A DNA stretch of 64,000 nt from Alphaproteobacteria bacterium (GCA_028599125.1 JAQRMX010000028.1:3898-67897); one strand, 5' to 3'. Positions 51,918 to 62,683 are shown, counted from the first letter of the stretch. Numbers and translations are program-made. Notes: generated by a model from the letters alone, not told the origin.

Positions 51918-52505
51918 ATGCAAAATGAAAAACCAAATTGGCATGGTACGACAATATTGTCTGTCCGAAAAGGCGGAAAAGTAATCATTGCAGGGGATGG
52001 ACAGGTCAGCGCGGGGAGCACTATCGTCAAACATAATGCCAGAAAGATCCGTCGTTTATCAAATAATGTCCTCATTGGGTTCGCCGGTAGTACCGCAGAT
52101 GCCTTTACCCTCTCTGAAAGGCTTGAAGAGAAGCTTGAGCGCTATTCCGGACAACTCATGAGAAGCTGCGTGGAATTGGCAAAAGACTGGCGACAGGACC
52201 GCTACCTGCGCCGATTGGAAGCCATGATGCTGGCCACTGATGCCACTATTACACTCATGCTCAGTGGGGATGGGAATGTCCTGCAACCTGAATTTGGCGT
52301 TGCCGCAATCGGCTCCGGGGGAAATTACGCTCTAGCCGCCGCGATGGCCTTATATGAAACGAATGAAGATGCCGAACAGATTGCCCGTAAGGCAATGAAC
52401 ATCGCTGCAAGGATTTGCGTCTATACCAATGAACAAATTATCCTTGAAACGCTGGACGTAAAAGAGCCGCCGGAAAAAACTTTCGAAAAGACAGATGAGA
52501 TATAA
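51918..52505 (+). CDS. hslV: ATP-dependent protease subunit HslV
   Basis: 195 aa. The segment [23 protein letters not shown] contains the catalytic Thr. It is followed by hslU. Confidence 0.95.
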   Translation: MQNEKPNWHGTTILSVRKGGKVIIAGDGQVSAGSTIVKHNARKIRRLSNNVLIGFAGSTADAFTLSERLEEKLERYSGQLMRSCVELAKDWRQDRYLRRLEAMMLATDATITLMLSGDGNVLQPEFGVAAIGSGGNYALAAAMALYETNEDAEQIARKAMNIAARICVYTNEQIILETLDVKEPPEKTFEKTDEI

Positions 52506-52576
52506 GCTTTGCGATCCTTCACCGGATAGGCACAGCTTAGGATTGATCTACAGAAAGATAAAGGTATAATCCGTCT

Positions 52577-53890
52577 ATGACTGACCTGCGTCCCCGTGAA
52601 ATCGTTGCCGAGCTTGACCGCCATATCGTTGGTCAAGAGAAAGCTAAAAAAGCCGTCTCCGTTGCTTTGCGCAACCGCTGGCGACGCAAGCAGCTTCAGA
52701 GTCCCCTGCGCGAAGAGACATTGCCCAAAAATATCCTCCTTATCGGTCCTACCGGTGTCGGAAAAACTGAAATTGCACGGCGTATGGCAAAACTAGCCGG
52801 GGCACCTTTCATCAAGGTGGAGGCAACCAAATTCACGGAAATCGGCTATGTCGGGCGGGACGTCGAACAGATCATTCGAGACCTCCTTGAGGTCAGCATA
52901 AGCCGCGTTCGTGAGAAAAAACGGCAAAAAACAAAAAAAAGAGCCGAAAAAACAGCAGAAGATATTGTGATATCCGCGTTGGCAGGTAAGGGTTCCAAGA
53001 GCAGTACGCGGGAGCATTTTCTCACGAGGTTCCGTAACCGGGAACTTGACGCGGTAGAAATTGAGATTGAAATTGAAGAGCAAAGCAAGATGCCGGGGTT
53101 CGAAATCCCGGGCATGCCGGGCGCACAAATTGGCATGATTAATCTGGGAGATATGTTCGGAAAAACGCTCAATCAAAACAAAAAATCTCAGCTCATCAAT
53201 GTGCGGGATGGCTATGAAATCCTCATCATGCAGGAGAGTGAAAAATTACTTGATCAGGAACAACTGATTAGCGAAGCGATCAAACTCGTTGAAGAGGAGG
53301 GTATCGTTTTTCTTGATGAAATTGATAAAATCTGCGTTTCGAATGAACAGGCAGGTAAAGGCGGCGGAAATGTAAGCCGCGAAGGTGTCCAGAGAGACCT
53401 TCTACCTCTTATTGAAGGAACAACCGTCTCAACACGTCACGGTTCAGTTAAAAGCGATCATATCCTCTTTATCGCATCCGGGGCTTTCCACATCGCCAAA
53501 CCCTCGGATCTTCTTCCTGAATTGCAGGGACGGCTTCCCATTCGTATTGAATTACACAATCTTGTCAGGGACGATTTTATCCGTATTCTCACAGAACCGG
53601 AAGCAAGCCTCGTAAAACAATATATTGCATTATTCAAGACAGAGAATATCTCTTTATCTTTCACGAAGGCCGCTATTGAGGAAATTGCCGACACAGCTGT
53701 CAAAATCAACTCAATTGTCGAAAATATCGGGGCACGAAGGCTCCATACTGTTATGGAGCAAATCCTTGACGAAATCTCTTTCAGCGCTTCGGATCGCGCT
53801 GGAGAAAATATTGTAATAGAAGCCGAAGACGTCCTTATGCGCATGGATGAATTCAAAAAAAGTGCGGATCTAAGCCACTTTATCCTTTAA
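52577..53890 (+). CDS. hslU: ATP-dependent protease ATPase subunit HslU
   Basis: 437 aa. It starts [22 protein letters not shown] and has Walker [16 protein letters not shown] and Walker [10 protein letters not shown]. Confidence 0.97.
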   Translation: MTDLRPREIVAELDRHIVGQEKAKKAVSVALRNRWRRKQLQSPLREETLPKNILLIGPTGVGKTEIARRMAKLAGAPFIKVEATKFTEIGYVGRDVEQIIRDLLEVSISRVREKKRQKTKKRAEKTAEDIVISALAGKGSKSSTREHFLTRFRNRELDAVEIEIEIEEQSKMPGFEIPGMPGAQIGMINLGDMFGKTLNQNKKSQLINVRDGYEILIMQESEKLLDQEQLISEAIKLVEEEGIVFLDEIDKICVSNEQAGKGGGNVSREGVQRDLLPLIEGTTVSTRHGSVKSDHILFIASGAFHIAKPSDLLPELQGRLPIRIELHNLVRDDFIRILTEPEASLVKQYIALFKTENISLSFTKAAIEEIADTAVKINSIVENIGARRLHTVMEQILDEISFSASDRAGENIVIEAEDVLMRMDEFKKSADLSHFIL

Positions 53891-53916
53891 ATCATCCCCC
53901 TTGTGCTCCAGAACTC

Positions 53917-54543
53917 TTAGTGAGACGAGCGGCGTGCCGTAGCTCTTAACCGGACATAAAGGGCACCTTCTCCGCCATGACGAGGGTGAGCAATTGAATA
54001 CCCGCTGACAAGAGATAAAAATGGCGGTTGAGGCAACCACTCCCGTACAGCATTCCATAAAACGCCCGGTCTGCCAGGAATAGGAACACCAAAAGGCACT
54101 CTCTCCCCGTAATGCCGCCCTTTTCCAGTAATCACCAGAACAAACCGAACTTCCTCTTGATGAGCCCGTATCAAAAAATGCAGCAAGTTCACACGCGCAC
54201 CCTCATAATTTAGTCCGTGCAAATCAATCTTGTACCTGATTTTCTGACGCCTCCCGGAAAGTTTGCGCAGAAAACGATATTCAATGAAAGGAGAAACAGC
54301 CGCCCGCGTATTTGGTCGTTTGTCCCTCCTCTCCTCTCCTGTAGGAACAATCTGCCCCTTACATTCTAAAGAGCGATGCCCCGAAAGCGGCGGTGGGATA
54401 GGAGCAAGTCCTGAAAGGAAGCATGCATACCCTCCATCGGAGCACCTTCCGTGTAAAGGGTTAATCATACGCTTTTCCTGATTCCAAAGAGCGATTTCAT
54501 CCGGTGTCAAAAAACGCCTCCCGGATTGGTTCCTTTCTGACAT
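53917..54543 (-). CDS. Smr-domain protein
   Basis: 208 aa with the C-terminal Smr segment IDLHGLNYEGARVNLLHFLIRAHQEEVRFVLVITGKG. Confidence 0.8.
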   Translation of the reverse strand: MSERNQSGRRFLTPDEIALWNQEKRMINPLHGRCSDGGYACFLSGLAPIPPPLSGHRSLECKGQIVPTGEERRDKRPNTRAAVSPFIEYRFLRKLSGRRQKIRYKIDLHGLNYEGARVNLLHFLIRAHQEEVRFVLVITGKGRHYGERVPFGVPIPGRPGVLWNAVREWLPQPPFLSLVSGYSIAHPRHGGEGALYVRLRATARRSSH

Positions 54544-54555
54544 CCGTTATGCTTC

Positions 54556-55770
54556 CTACTTCCCTGCCCATTTTGGCAAAGGTAATCCATGTGGTAATAA
54601 AATAACAAAAGCACCGGGATAACGGATTACGCTCGCATGGTGGCCGGCAGCTTCACCGGAACCGAAAAAAATATCCCCACGCGCAGGACCTACAATCGCG
54701 GCTCCCGTATCTTGCGCAATCATGAGATGATGAAAGGGGCTAGAAAAACTCGTTCCAACTTCCGGGGCCTGCGTCTCAATCCATACCGGGATACCAAGAT
54801 CATAGAGCTTATGATCAACTGCAAGACTTCGCCGCGCTGTCAGGGCGATATTCATGGCTCCTATAGGACCGCTTTCAAAATCTCTAAGTAAAGCCGAATT
54901 GAAAAAAACAAAAGACTCATTTTTCCACATAAGACGATCCGCCTCGTGAGGACGGTCTTTCAACCATTGACGAAGCACATCGGCTGTCAGATCAGAAGGA
55001 GGAATGTCGTAAAGTTTACGAATGACATTGCCAACAGAGGTATAAGGATGTCCATTTTTTCCTGCAAAGGAAAGACGCAGAATTCGTCCATCGGCAAGAC
55101 GGACACGTGAAGAGCCCTGAATGTGGATGAAAAAAGCCGTCACTTTGTCGCGAAGCCAGACAAGCTCAAGAGCGTCCCCGACCAAAGCCCCTTGCTCAAT
55201 CTCCTGCCTGGTGTAATAAGGGAAGAGATGCTCACCGACACGGCGGGCGGAAGTTAATATATCGCTCAGATTAACAGGCCGCTTTTTCCCCCGCAAAGAC
55301 ACAAGATCACGGGGAGGACGGTATATAGGAACATGAAAATTATTGTTCGGAACAAGGGAGCCATTCACTTCCGGTTCATAATAACCTGTAAAAAAACCCT
55401 GTTTTCCACGGTTGGAATAGACACGGTAAGGCCGGAAATTCTGCTCAAAAAAGAAACGAGCCGCCGCATTAACAGCGGGGACAGCCCCGGCCTCCCGGCA
55501 AACCCTCCGCCACAGCGTACGCACCGCTGGTCTTTTTTTAATGCGGGCAACAAGGTGAGAACAGGAAGAGGAAAAAACCCTTAACGCCTCAAGCTGATTA
55601 TCATCTGTCCATCCCCGCAGGGAAGAAAAGGATAAAAATCCTAGTCTGGGCTCCGAACCTAATGCAGGTGAAAGAGAACTCCCCTCCCCTGAAACCAAAA
55701 AGAAAACAACGAAAAATATTCTTGGCACCATACAGCTATCACAAAATTTCATCCCCGCAGGAACGCACAT
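54556..55770 (-). CDS. mltA: Membrane-bound lytic murein transglycosylase A; start uncertain
   Basis: 404 aa with an N-terminal signal-like hydrophobic segment and MltA/3D-domain-like segments (GYYEPEV..., AVDHKLYDLGIPVWIE, AQDTGAAIVGPARGDIFFG). Confidence 0.85.
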   Translation of the reverse strand: MCVPAGMKFCDSCMVPRIFFVVFFLVSGEGSSLSPALGSEPRLGFLSFSSLRGWTDDNQLEALRVFSSSCSHLVARIKKRPAVRTLWRRVCREAGAVPAVNAAARFFFEQNFRPYRVYSNRGKQGFFTGYYEPEVNGSLVPNNNFHVPIYRPPRDLVSLRGKKRPVNLSDILTSARRVGEHLFPYYTRQEIEQGALVGDALELVWLRDKVTAFFIHIQGSSRVRLADGRILRLSFAGKNGHPYTSVGNVIRKLYDIPPSDLTADVLRQWLKDRPHEADRLMWKNESFVFFNSALLRDFESGPIGAMNIALTARRSLAVDHKLYDLGIPVWIETQAPEVGTSFSSPFHHLMIAQDTGAAIVGPARGDIFFGSGEAAGHHASVIRYPGAFVILLPHGLPLPKWAGK

Positions 55771-55791
55771 GAAAATACCGCACTAGAGGCC

Positions 55792-56460
55792 CTATTCTGT
55801 GGTAACAAGAAGCCAGTTAGGATTAGATGAAGACAAATCGCGCGAAAACGTCCACTTATCAATGACTTTCCGGGGCACATTTTTTGCTGCTTTGTCATCT
55901 TCCGATAATTTGACATCAACCATATCACTAACAAAAGAAACGGTCAGATAAGCCTTATTTCCTTCAAGCCACCCATCTGTGATCCGCTTCTCACTGATTC
56001 CCACGAAAAACGTACCGACGAATAACTCTGTAGCCGCACGCTCCTCAATAACTCTGCAAAATTCCTCATAAACATCAGGGGCTAGAAGAGGCTTCAAATC
56101 AGCCTTTTCACCTTTTTCAAAGGCCACAATGATCGTTTCATGGGCAATTTCGGCTCCTTCCAGGAAAGAATCAAGTCTGAAGCGGGAATCAAGATGACGC
56201 ATCTTAGTAAATAACCCGTCAGGCAGGCTACTTGAAACAGCATACGCCTCACATTCATCAGCCTGAGTCAGAGGAACAGATTCACCCTGAAACCCATCAT
56301 CCTTACCGTTCGATAAGCCCCCCCTATCCGTCTCCAAAGGAGATTTACATGCCTTTTCATCCCGCTCAGTCCTTACACCTAAAACGCTGTAAAGCCGGAA
56401 AAAAACAAATAAACCAACCACAAGAAAGAACAAGCTGTATAAATCGAAAAAATTATCCAT
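55792..56460 (-). CDS. Tim44-like domain membrane protein
   Basis: 222 aa with an N-terminal TM helix and a C-terminal Tim44-like region (FLEGAEIAHETIIVAFEKGEKADLKPLLAPDVYEEF). It sits in the conserved position next to mltA and opposite fxsA-secB. Confidence 0.75.
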   Translation of the reverse strand: MDNFFDLYSLFFLVVGLFVFFRLYSVLGVRTERDEKACKSPLETDRGGLSNGKDDGFQGESVPLTQADECEAYAVSSSLPDGLFTKMRHLDSRFRLDSFLEGAEIAHETIIVAFEKGEKADLKPLLAPDVYEEFCRVIEERAATELFVGTFFVGISEKRITDGWLEGNKAYLTVSFVSDMVDVKLSEDDKAAKNVPRKVIDKWTFSRDLSSSNPNWLLVTTE

Positions 56461-56677
56461 AGAACATTATTCACCTTTAAAGCTGCCTGGGATATACTAT
56501 CTTACCTATAGTTTAACATATCGTCTTTTATCCTGCTCTTCAATCAAACAATCAAACATCCGGATCAAATGTCTGCGGTAAGCCATGAGTTTTCACGAAT
56601 GCTTTCTTTTATATTACCTCTCCTCCCTCTTCCTGAAATTCAAAAAACGCGAAGCAAAAAAGGATAAAGCGCCTCCA

Positions 56678-57196
56678 ATGTTCATTTTGATCCTTCTTCT
56701 CTTCATCCCTCTCTCTTTTTTCCTTCTGGAGAGCACCGTCATGATTTTTTTCAGCAATTACATAGGAGTACCAAAAATGCTCTTTTGCCTTCTTGCTACA
56801 ACCCTGACCGGTGCGTTTCTCCTGAAAAAGAATTTTTTTCCAAAAATAATCGACGTGGTCAATAAGAACAGGCAATATGAAGATACACTCCCTGCACTTT
56901 CCATGATAAGCAGGAGCTTTTTAATTATTGCTGGTTTCCTGCTCCTTATTCCTGGATTTATAACCGACGCAGCAGGAGCCCTTCTTCTTTTTCCTCCGGT
57001 AAGACATTTTCTTGTCTCCCGCATACTGAAGAGCTCTCTGTTTTTCTTCACAGATATCCGATACTACCCTTATGATGACACATCATCCTCTTCCTCGCCA
57101 GATGAACATAAAATTCTAGAGGGAGAAATCATAAATGAAAACAGCACAGACACACCTGCGCACCTCCGGGATAAAAAATCGTTGAAGTCTTCGTAA
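56678..57196 (+). CDS. fxsA: FxsA-family membrane protein
   Basis: ORF 56585..57196. The likely start is MFILILLLFIPLSFF at 56678. The FxsA signature LLLIPGFITDAAGALLLFPPVR is present. Confidence 0.8.
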   Translation: MFILILLLFIPLSFFLLESTVMIFFSNYIGVPKMLFCLLATTLTGAFLLKKNFFPKIIDVVNKNRQYEDTLPALSMISRSFLIIAGFLLLIPGFITDAAGALLLFPPVRHFLVSRILKSSLFFFTDIRYYPYDDTSSSSSPDEHKILEGEIINENSTDTPAHLRDKKSLKSS

Positions 57197-57544
57197 AATT
57201 AACCTCTTCCTCACACTTCTGGAAGAAAAGGGGACGGTAGAAAAGAAAAAAGAGAGGTAAATCTTGCTCGGGTAGAAAAATCATGATAGCGGGAAACATG
57301 ACTCTATTAAAAGGATATTATGGCGACTCTCTCTTCTAGCTCATTTTATTCTTATGCGGGAAGACCTATTTCGGGACATGTGTGAAAAAATCAGATGATA
57401 TCTGGAAAAAATTATCCAGGAGTCTATAATGGCCTGATGTGCCGTTCCTTAACAGGCAGATCCCCGGTACAAAAAACAAAAATTCAGTATTTCAGTATAC
57501 GGAAATGCGTAAATAAGCAAAAAATCAGCGAGCGAAAAAAAGCT

Positions 57545-58084
57545 ATGAGCGAATATAAAAATCAGAGTTTGTCCGGGAAAAGTGCAGAGGTGAAAGAGGA
57601 GGAAGAACGGAATGATGGACAGAAAAAAAATCCATCATTCAATATGCTCGTCCAATATGTCAAAGATTTCTCTTTTGAAAATCCGGGAGCACCGCATTTC
57701 CTGGGAGGAGATAATCGGAAGATTTCAATTAATATTGATATAAATGTCAATGCCCGTAGTATAGGACAGACTGATTATGAAGTCTCCTTATACCTTGAAA
57801 GTAAAGCTGAACGTGATGCTGACGTTGTTTTCTCCGTTGAGCTCTCATATGCTGGAATATTCAGGCTTACCAATATCCCTCAGGAAAGCATACAGCCCTT
57901 AATACTTGTTGAATGTCCACGATTGCTCTTTCCTTTCTCCCGTCAAATCATCGCTGATGTAACCCGGAATGGCGGTTATCCTCCCTTGATGATTGATCCC
58001 ATTGATTTTGGGGCGCTCTACCAGCAACGTGTAGCTGAGCAGGAAAAAGAAACCCTTGCGGCAGAGGGCAATAAGATCAATTAG
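57545..58084 (+). CDS. secB: Protein-export chaperone SecB
   Basis: ORF 57395..58084. The likely start is the ATG at 57545 (MSEYKNQS...). The SecB core reads [19 protein letters not shown]...[34 protein letters not shown]. Confidence 0.9.
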   Translation: MSEYKNQSLSGKSAEVKEEEERNDGQKKNPSFNMLVQYVKDFSFENPGAPHFLGGDNRKISINIDINVNARSIGQTDYEVSLYLESKAERDADVVFSVELSYAGIFRLTNIPQESIQPLILVECPRLLFPFSRQIIADVTRNGGYPPLMIDPIDFGALYQQRVAEQEKETLAAEGNKIN

Positions 58085-58805
58085 ACCGATGAGGCTTCCT
58101 GTATTTTAACCATTTCGCCTCTGTTCCTAAAAGAGTAAGCATGTTTTTCCATGCCTCTTGTTCTGTTTTTGTCCAGATACCGCGATAGGGGCTTTCCCTT
58201 TCCGGTACTGATTTCGGTACTGATTTTCTGATTCGTTTTTTTTCCGCACCCTCCTCCTGCAATCCTCTTATCTCGAAAAGGAAGGATTTCTGACGATATT
58301 CAATCAATTCCAGATAGACATCTGCCAGAAGTCTAGCATCAATCAGTGCCCCGTGTGCTCCGGAACGTGAAGACAAGTCAATCTTGTAACGTTTGCACAA
58401 AGCATCAAGGGAGGCAGGAGAACCGGGATAACGACGACGCGCAAGAAACAGGGTATCAATAACCCTCTCCTCTGAAAGCGGTCTAAGGTTCGCACGCTCC
58501 AGCTCTGCATTGATGAAGGACATATCAAATGAGGCATTGTGAATAATCAAATGCGCCTCACCAATAAAATCCAAAAACTCTTTCCCTAAATCAGAAAAAA
58601 GAGGTTTATCTTTCAGAAAATGATCGGAAAGACCATGAATGGAAAGAGCCTCATCCGGCATTCTGCATTCCGGGTTGAAATAAGCGTTCCATGTCCTCCC
58701 GGTCTGTACATGGTCAATGAGTTCAACGCAACCGATATCAACAATTCGATCGCCCTTTAACGGATTTAGCCCCGTTGTCTCAGTATCAAGTACAATTTGA
58801 CGCAT
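58077..58805 (-). CDS. dnaQ: DNA polymerase III epsilon subunit (3'-5' exonuclease)
   Basis: 242 aa with Exo motifs [18 protein letters not shown] and [14 protein letters not shown]. Its 3' end overlaps the secB 3' end by 8 bp (convergent). Confidence 0.93.
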   Translation of the reverse strand: MRQIVLDTETTGLNPLKGDRIVDIGCVELIDHVQTGRTWNAYFNPECRMPDEALSIHGLSDHFLKDKPLFSDLGKEFLDFIGEAHLIIHNASFDMSFINAELERANLRPLSEERVIDTLFLARRRYPGSPASLDALCKRYKIDLSSRSGAHGALIDARLLADVYLELIEYRQKSFLFEIRGLQEEGAEKKRIRKSVPKSVPERESPYRGIWTKTEQEAWKNMLTLLGTEAKWLKYRKPHRSN

Positions 58806-58817
58806 AAAACCAACCTT

Positions 58818-59429
58818 TCAGCGCAAAGATACGATCTCGTCCCTACCTGATATAACAGATAAAATATGCGTGATCATCTGCTCCATTTTTTCGGGACTAT
58901 CCGTTGTATCAATAAGAAAATCCGCCCGCCTGCATTTTTCTTTTTCACTCATCTGTCTCTTGAGGAGAGAGGTAATCCAAAGATCACTTATTCCCTCCCG
59001 TTTCTGCAAGCGCGCTTTTTGAAGGGAGGCTTGCGCCTTTGTGACAACCACAAAATGACACAAGACTTCGTAACCGGTTTCAAAAAGAAGAGGAATATCC
59101 AGAACGACATTTTTTTCCCCTTTTTCACGGCATAGATTCAGAAAAGCATGTATCTCTGCCTCAATGAGAGGATGAACAATTGATTCAAGTCGGTTAAAAG
59201 CGGACGGGTCAGAAAGAAGATGCTCCCGCAGACGCTGGCGATCTATGTCTTTCCCTTCAAGGACCCCTGTAAATGCATTTGCAACCGGCAGAACGGCCGC
59301 CCCATCCCCGCTATAGAGCTTCCGGACGCCCTCATCAACATCAAAAACCGGAATGCCGCGCGCAGCAAAAAGGCGCGCACTCGTTGATTTGCCTGTCGCA
59401 GCAGAACCCGTTATCCCTATAACCTGCAT
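58818..59429 (-). CDS. coaE: Dephospho-CoA kinase
   Basis: ORF 58818..59504. The likely start is MQVIGITGSAATGKST (P-loop) at 59429. Confidence 0.9.
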   Translation of the reverse strand: MQVIGITGSAATGKSTSARLFAARGIPVFDVDEGVRKLYSGDGAAVLPVANAFTGVLEGKDIDRQRLREHLLSDPSAFNRLESIVHPLIEAEIHAFLNLCREKGEKNVVLDIPLLFETGYEVLCHFVVVTKAQASLQKARLQKREGISDLWITSLLKRQMSEKEKCRRADFLIDTTDSPEKMEQMITHILSVISGRDEIVSLR

Positions 59430-59462
59430 TATCGTTCTTGTGCCCTGTAAAAGATTTTCATT

Positions 59463-59500
59463 CCTGAAAATTCCTTTCCGCCCTGAAAATTCCTTTCCGC
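59463..59500. repeat. Perfect 19-bp tandem duplication (cctgaaaattcctttccgc x2)
   Basis: Copies at 59463-59481 and 59482-59500 are identical. They lie 34 nt upstream (minus-strand sense) of the coaE start, in the 169-bp maf/coaE gap. Confidence 0.95.
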
Positions 59501-59598
59501 GCAAAAAATCACCCGATAGAAATTTAGCAGGAAAACAAGAGAGAGAGACCAGAGAAAAACATTTTTATTTCCTCCGCATAATTGCTTCAATAGAAACA

Positions 59599-60213
59599 TT
59601 ATGAAGGTAAAATAAGTTCCGAACGCAAAAAATTCAGCAAAGGAAGGAGCGGTAAACCGAGAATTGTGAAATAATCACCCTCAATCCTTTCAAAAAGTTG
59701 TATGCCGTTTTCTTCAAAACGGTAAGCCCCGAGCATAGAGATATATGGTTCAGAACACCCGGAAATATAATTATATAGAAAACTATCGCTGAACGGACGC
59801 ATTGTCATATGGGCGACATCTGCATACCGCCAAAGCACGTTATTATCACGAACACAGACCACTCCTGAATGTAAACTATGAGACTTCCCCCGTACTTTCT
59901 GAAGAAATTGATGCGCCTCCCTCGGGCCCGAAATTTTGCAAAAAATACAGCCTTCAAAGAATAAAATCTGATCTGCCCCTATGACACAGGCTCCCGGATA
60001 GCGGGACGTAATGAAACGCGCCTTAGCCTCAGATAAGGAAAGAACTAATTCATCCGGATCTCCTTCTAATTTTTCAGAAAGAAATTCGATCTCATTAATA
60101 TCAGCTGGTTCAACAGAAAATGTAACGCCGGCATCAGAAAGAATCTTAGCCCTGATCGGAGAACGTGAGGCCAGTATAAGCTGAGGCAGAAAAGAGGACT
60201 GTTTCTGTTTCAT
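59599..60213 (-). CDS. maf: Maf-family nucleoside triphosphate pyrophosphatase
   Basis: ORF 59599..60231. A start at 60213 forms an ATGA overlap with the stop of the upstream gene. The motif LILASRSPIR is present. Confidence 0.9.
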   Translation of the reverse strand: MKQKQSSFLPQLILASRSPIRAKILSDAGVTFSVEPADINEIEFLSEKLEGDPDELVLSLSEAKARFITSRYPGACVIGADQILFFEGCIFCKISGPREAHQFLQKVRGKSHSLHSGVVCVRDNNVLWRYADVAHMTMRPFSDSFLYNYISGCSEPYISMLGAYRFEENGIQLFERIEGDYFTILGLPLLPLLNFLRSELILPS

Positions 60214-61058
60214 GGTAATGCGTTTGAACAACGTTCCCTGTAAAGCAAAATCACCGCTGCCGCCGTTTCTTCTATTGAACGGCGTGTTACATCAATCACA
60301 GGCCAATTGTATGCAATACATATCTCCCGTGTTGCAACAATCTCCCGTGCAATGAAACGACGATCAACATAATCAGTCCCGTCATCAGCGTGAAGGGACA
60401 ATATACGACTTCTTCTGATCTGTAAGATATGATCCACATTAGCAACCATTCCTACAACCAGAGCCTCTTTCAGGAAAAATAATTCCTGAGGGAGGGGAAT
60501 ACCTGAAACAAAAGGGACATTAGCTGTTCTTATTCCCCGATTAGCAAGATAAATGCTCGTTGGTGTCTTTGACGTGCGGCTGACGCCGATAAGGACCACA
60601 TCTGCTTTATCAAGATCCTGAACCTGATGTCCATCATCATGAACCATAGTAAAATTAAGCGCCTCTATCCGCTTAAAATAATCAGCATCAAGTACATGCT
60701 GACCGCCCACACGGGGAGTCATTTCCATTCCCAAATAGGAACGAAATACGCTCAAAACAGGATCAAGGACGCAGGTAAAGGGAAGGCCCATGTGACTACA
60801 ATGCTCTTCAAAAGAACAATTAAGATCGGGATCTACCAGAGTGTAAAGAATAATACCTGGGGCTTCACGGATTTCTGAAAGAACCTGATCAAGCCGCTTT
60901 TGCGATCGCACAAGGGAATGAACATGTTCAAGAGCCCGCCTGGAAGGATATTGTGCAGCTGCAGCGCGTGAAATCGCAATCAGTGTTTCTCCGGTTGCAT
61001 CTGATACCAGGTGAACATGAAAACAATCCCTTTCATCTTCCAAACCTGATTGTTCCAT
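60210..61058 (-). CDS. DUF299-family pyruvate,phosphate dikinase / PEP synthase regulatory kinase-phosphorylase
   Basis: 282 aa with motifs HVHLVSDATGETL and the P-loop-like VLIGVSRTSKTPTS. Confidence 0.88.
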   Translation of the reverse strand: MEQSGLEDERDCFHVHLVSDATGETLIAISRAAAAQYPSRRALEHVHSLVRSQKRLDQVLSEIREAPGIILYTLVDPDLNCSFEEHCSHMGLPFTCVLDPVLSVFRSYLGMEMTPRVGGQHVLDADYFKRIEALNFTMVHDDGHQVQDLDKADVVLIGVSRTSKTPTSIYLANRGIRTANVPFVSGIPLPQELFFLKEALVVGMVANVDHILQIRRSRILSLHADDGTDYVDRRFIAREIVATREICIAYNWPVIDVTRRSIEETAAAVILLYRERCSNALP

Positions 61059-61539
61059 TTTATTTCCCCGGATAATGACGGCAGGCTCCCTCCTTTCTTG
61101 TCACTTCATGAATCATGAACAGTGGAAAAAAAGGGGATAAGGTAAAATCGAATCTGTGATTTCTGATATTTTCCCTATTTACAGGAAATTTTATCAACAA
61201 TGAAACTGCCTATGAACAATCGCCTTACAGATTCCATATTCCTTTCCTGCTCACTTCATTCCAACATGAATTACACATGTTGAACAAGGCTTTTTCTCCT
61301 TTGATCAAAAGGAAATAAATATCTGTTAAATTTAATGTTTTTTATTTTCACTTCAGAAATAATCCACAATAGATAAAAAATCATTCCTCTTCCATTATGA
61401 TATGGGGATAAGGATGTGGATCATATTTAATTACCGTAATCCAGAAAGTAACAAAAAAAACAATATAAAAAGATTCCTTTTTTATTTTATTAAGAAAAAG
61501 TAAAACAAACGGATAGAAAGATCAAAAAAGAGAAAATGA
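61059..61539. other. Candidate chromosomal replication origin (oriC)
   Basis: A 481-bp ORF-free divergent gap next to hemE. DnaA-box-like 9-mers were read directly: aggggataa 61132-61140 (2 mismatches), ttatcaaca 61191-61199, taatccaca 61360-61368, tggggataa 61403-61411 and tgtggatca 61415-61423 (1 mismatch each to TTATCCACA/TGTGGATAA). A/T-rich runs lie at 61321-61350 and 61441-61510. Strand composition flips across the gap. Confidence 0.65.
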
Positions 61540-62565
61540 ATGAAATTAAAATCAGTATTTCAAAATCATAAGACTGGCCCTATTCCCGTATGGATGATGC
61601 GTCAGGCTGGCCGTCATTTACCGGAATACAGGGAAATAAGGAAAAAAAATCCCTCTTTTATGTCTCTTTGCTATAATCCGGAAATTGCGTGTGAGATTAC
61701 GCTACAACCTGTGAGACGTTACGGTTTTGATGCAGCTATTTTATTTTCTGATATTCTCGTCATTCCAGATGCCCTTGGTCAAAAGGTTAATTTTGTTGAA
61801 GGAAAAGGAATAGAGATTAATCCTGTTACCAGCGGGAGTGCCCTGGCTCGTCTGGATACCCATCGAATTTTATCGCATTTGCAGCCCGTATTTGAAACAA
61901 TTTCCCGTGTGAGGGAAAACCTTACTTCAGAGACGGCCTTAATCGGATTTTGTGGAGCGCCATGGACCGTTGCTGTTTACATGACAGGAAGTCATGCAGT
62001 ACCGCACCATATGCCTATTCGTTCATGGTCCTATAATGCACCGGAAGACTTTTCTGTTTTGATCTCACTTCTTGTTGAGGCCTCTATTACTTATCTTGAT
62101 GCACAGGTAAAAGCCGGCGCAGACGTCCTGCAAATTTTTGAGAGCTGGGGAAATCTGCTCCCGCAGAAAGAGTTTGAACGTTGGTGTATGGAACCAATCA
62201 GGAAAATTATCAGTGCTCTGAAAGAATCTCATCCTGATGTTCCGGTTATTATTTTTTCTCGGGGTATAGGATATTCTTTTGTGAAGTTGGCAAGCTATTG
62301 CCTTCCGGACGGGTTAAGCCTGGATAGTTCCTTTCCTCTTGATTTTGCTCGTAAACATTTGCAACCACATGTTGTTTTACAGGGAAATCTTGATCCTGTT
62401 CTTCTTGCTGTTGGAGGTCCTTTTCTTGATAAGGCTGTAGATACACTTCTTGATGAACTTGGTGAGGGGGCCTTTATTTTCAATTTGGGACACGGTATTC
62501 TTCCGCAGACACCTCCTGAACATGTAGCTCATGTCGTAAAAAAAATACGCGAAAGGTCTCATTGA
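61540..62565 (+). CDS. hemE: Uroporphyrinogen decarboxylase
   Basis: 341 aa. The N-terminal motif PVWMMRQAGRHLPEYR and the later segment ILFSDILVIPDALG are present. Confidence 0.95.
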   Translation: MKLKSVFQNHKTGPIPVWMMRQAGRHLPEYREIRKKNPSFMSLCYNPEIACEITLQPVRRYGFDAAILFSDILVIPDALGQKVNFVEGKGIEINPVTSGSALARLDTHRILSHLQPVFETISRVRENLTSETALIGFCGAPWTVAVYMTGSHAVPHHMPIRSWSYNAPEDFSVLISLLVEASITYLDAQVKAGADVLQIFESWGNLLPQKEFERWCMEPIRKIISALKESHPDVPVIIFSRGIGYSFVKLASYCLPDGLSLDSSFPLDFARKHLQPHVVLQGNLDPVLLAVGGPFLDKAVDTLLDELGEGAFIFNLGHGILPQTPPEHVAHVVKKIRERSH

Positions 62566-62683
62566 ATGTACGTTACTTTCGGATATTATTCTTGTAAAAT
62601 TGAGTTATTTTTGAAAGGATCTGTCTGAATATGCATAAGAAAGTCTGTATCATTCTTTTCTAGGTGAAAAATTTCTTTTTTCT

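Noticed and set aside
61427-61504. CtrA-type TTAA-N7-TTAA sites in the putative origin
   Set aside because: Only degenerate versions were found: TTAA-N6-TAAT at about 61427-61440 and TTAA-N7-TAAA at 61490-61504. In such AT-rich DNA these are expected by chance, so I make no claim.
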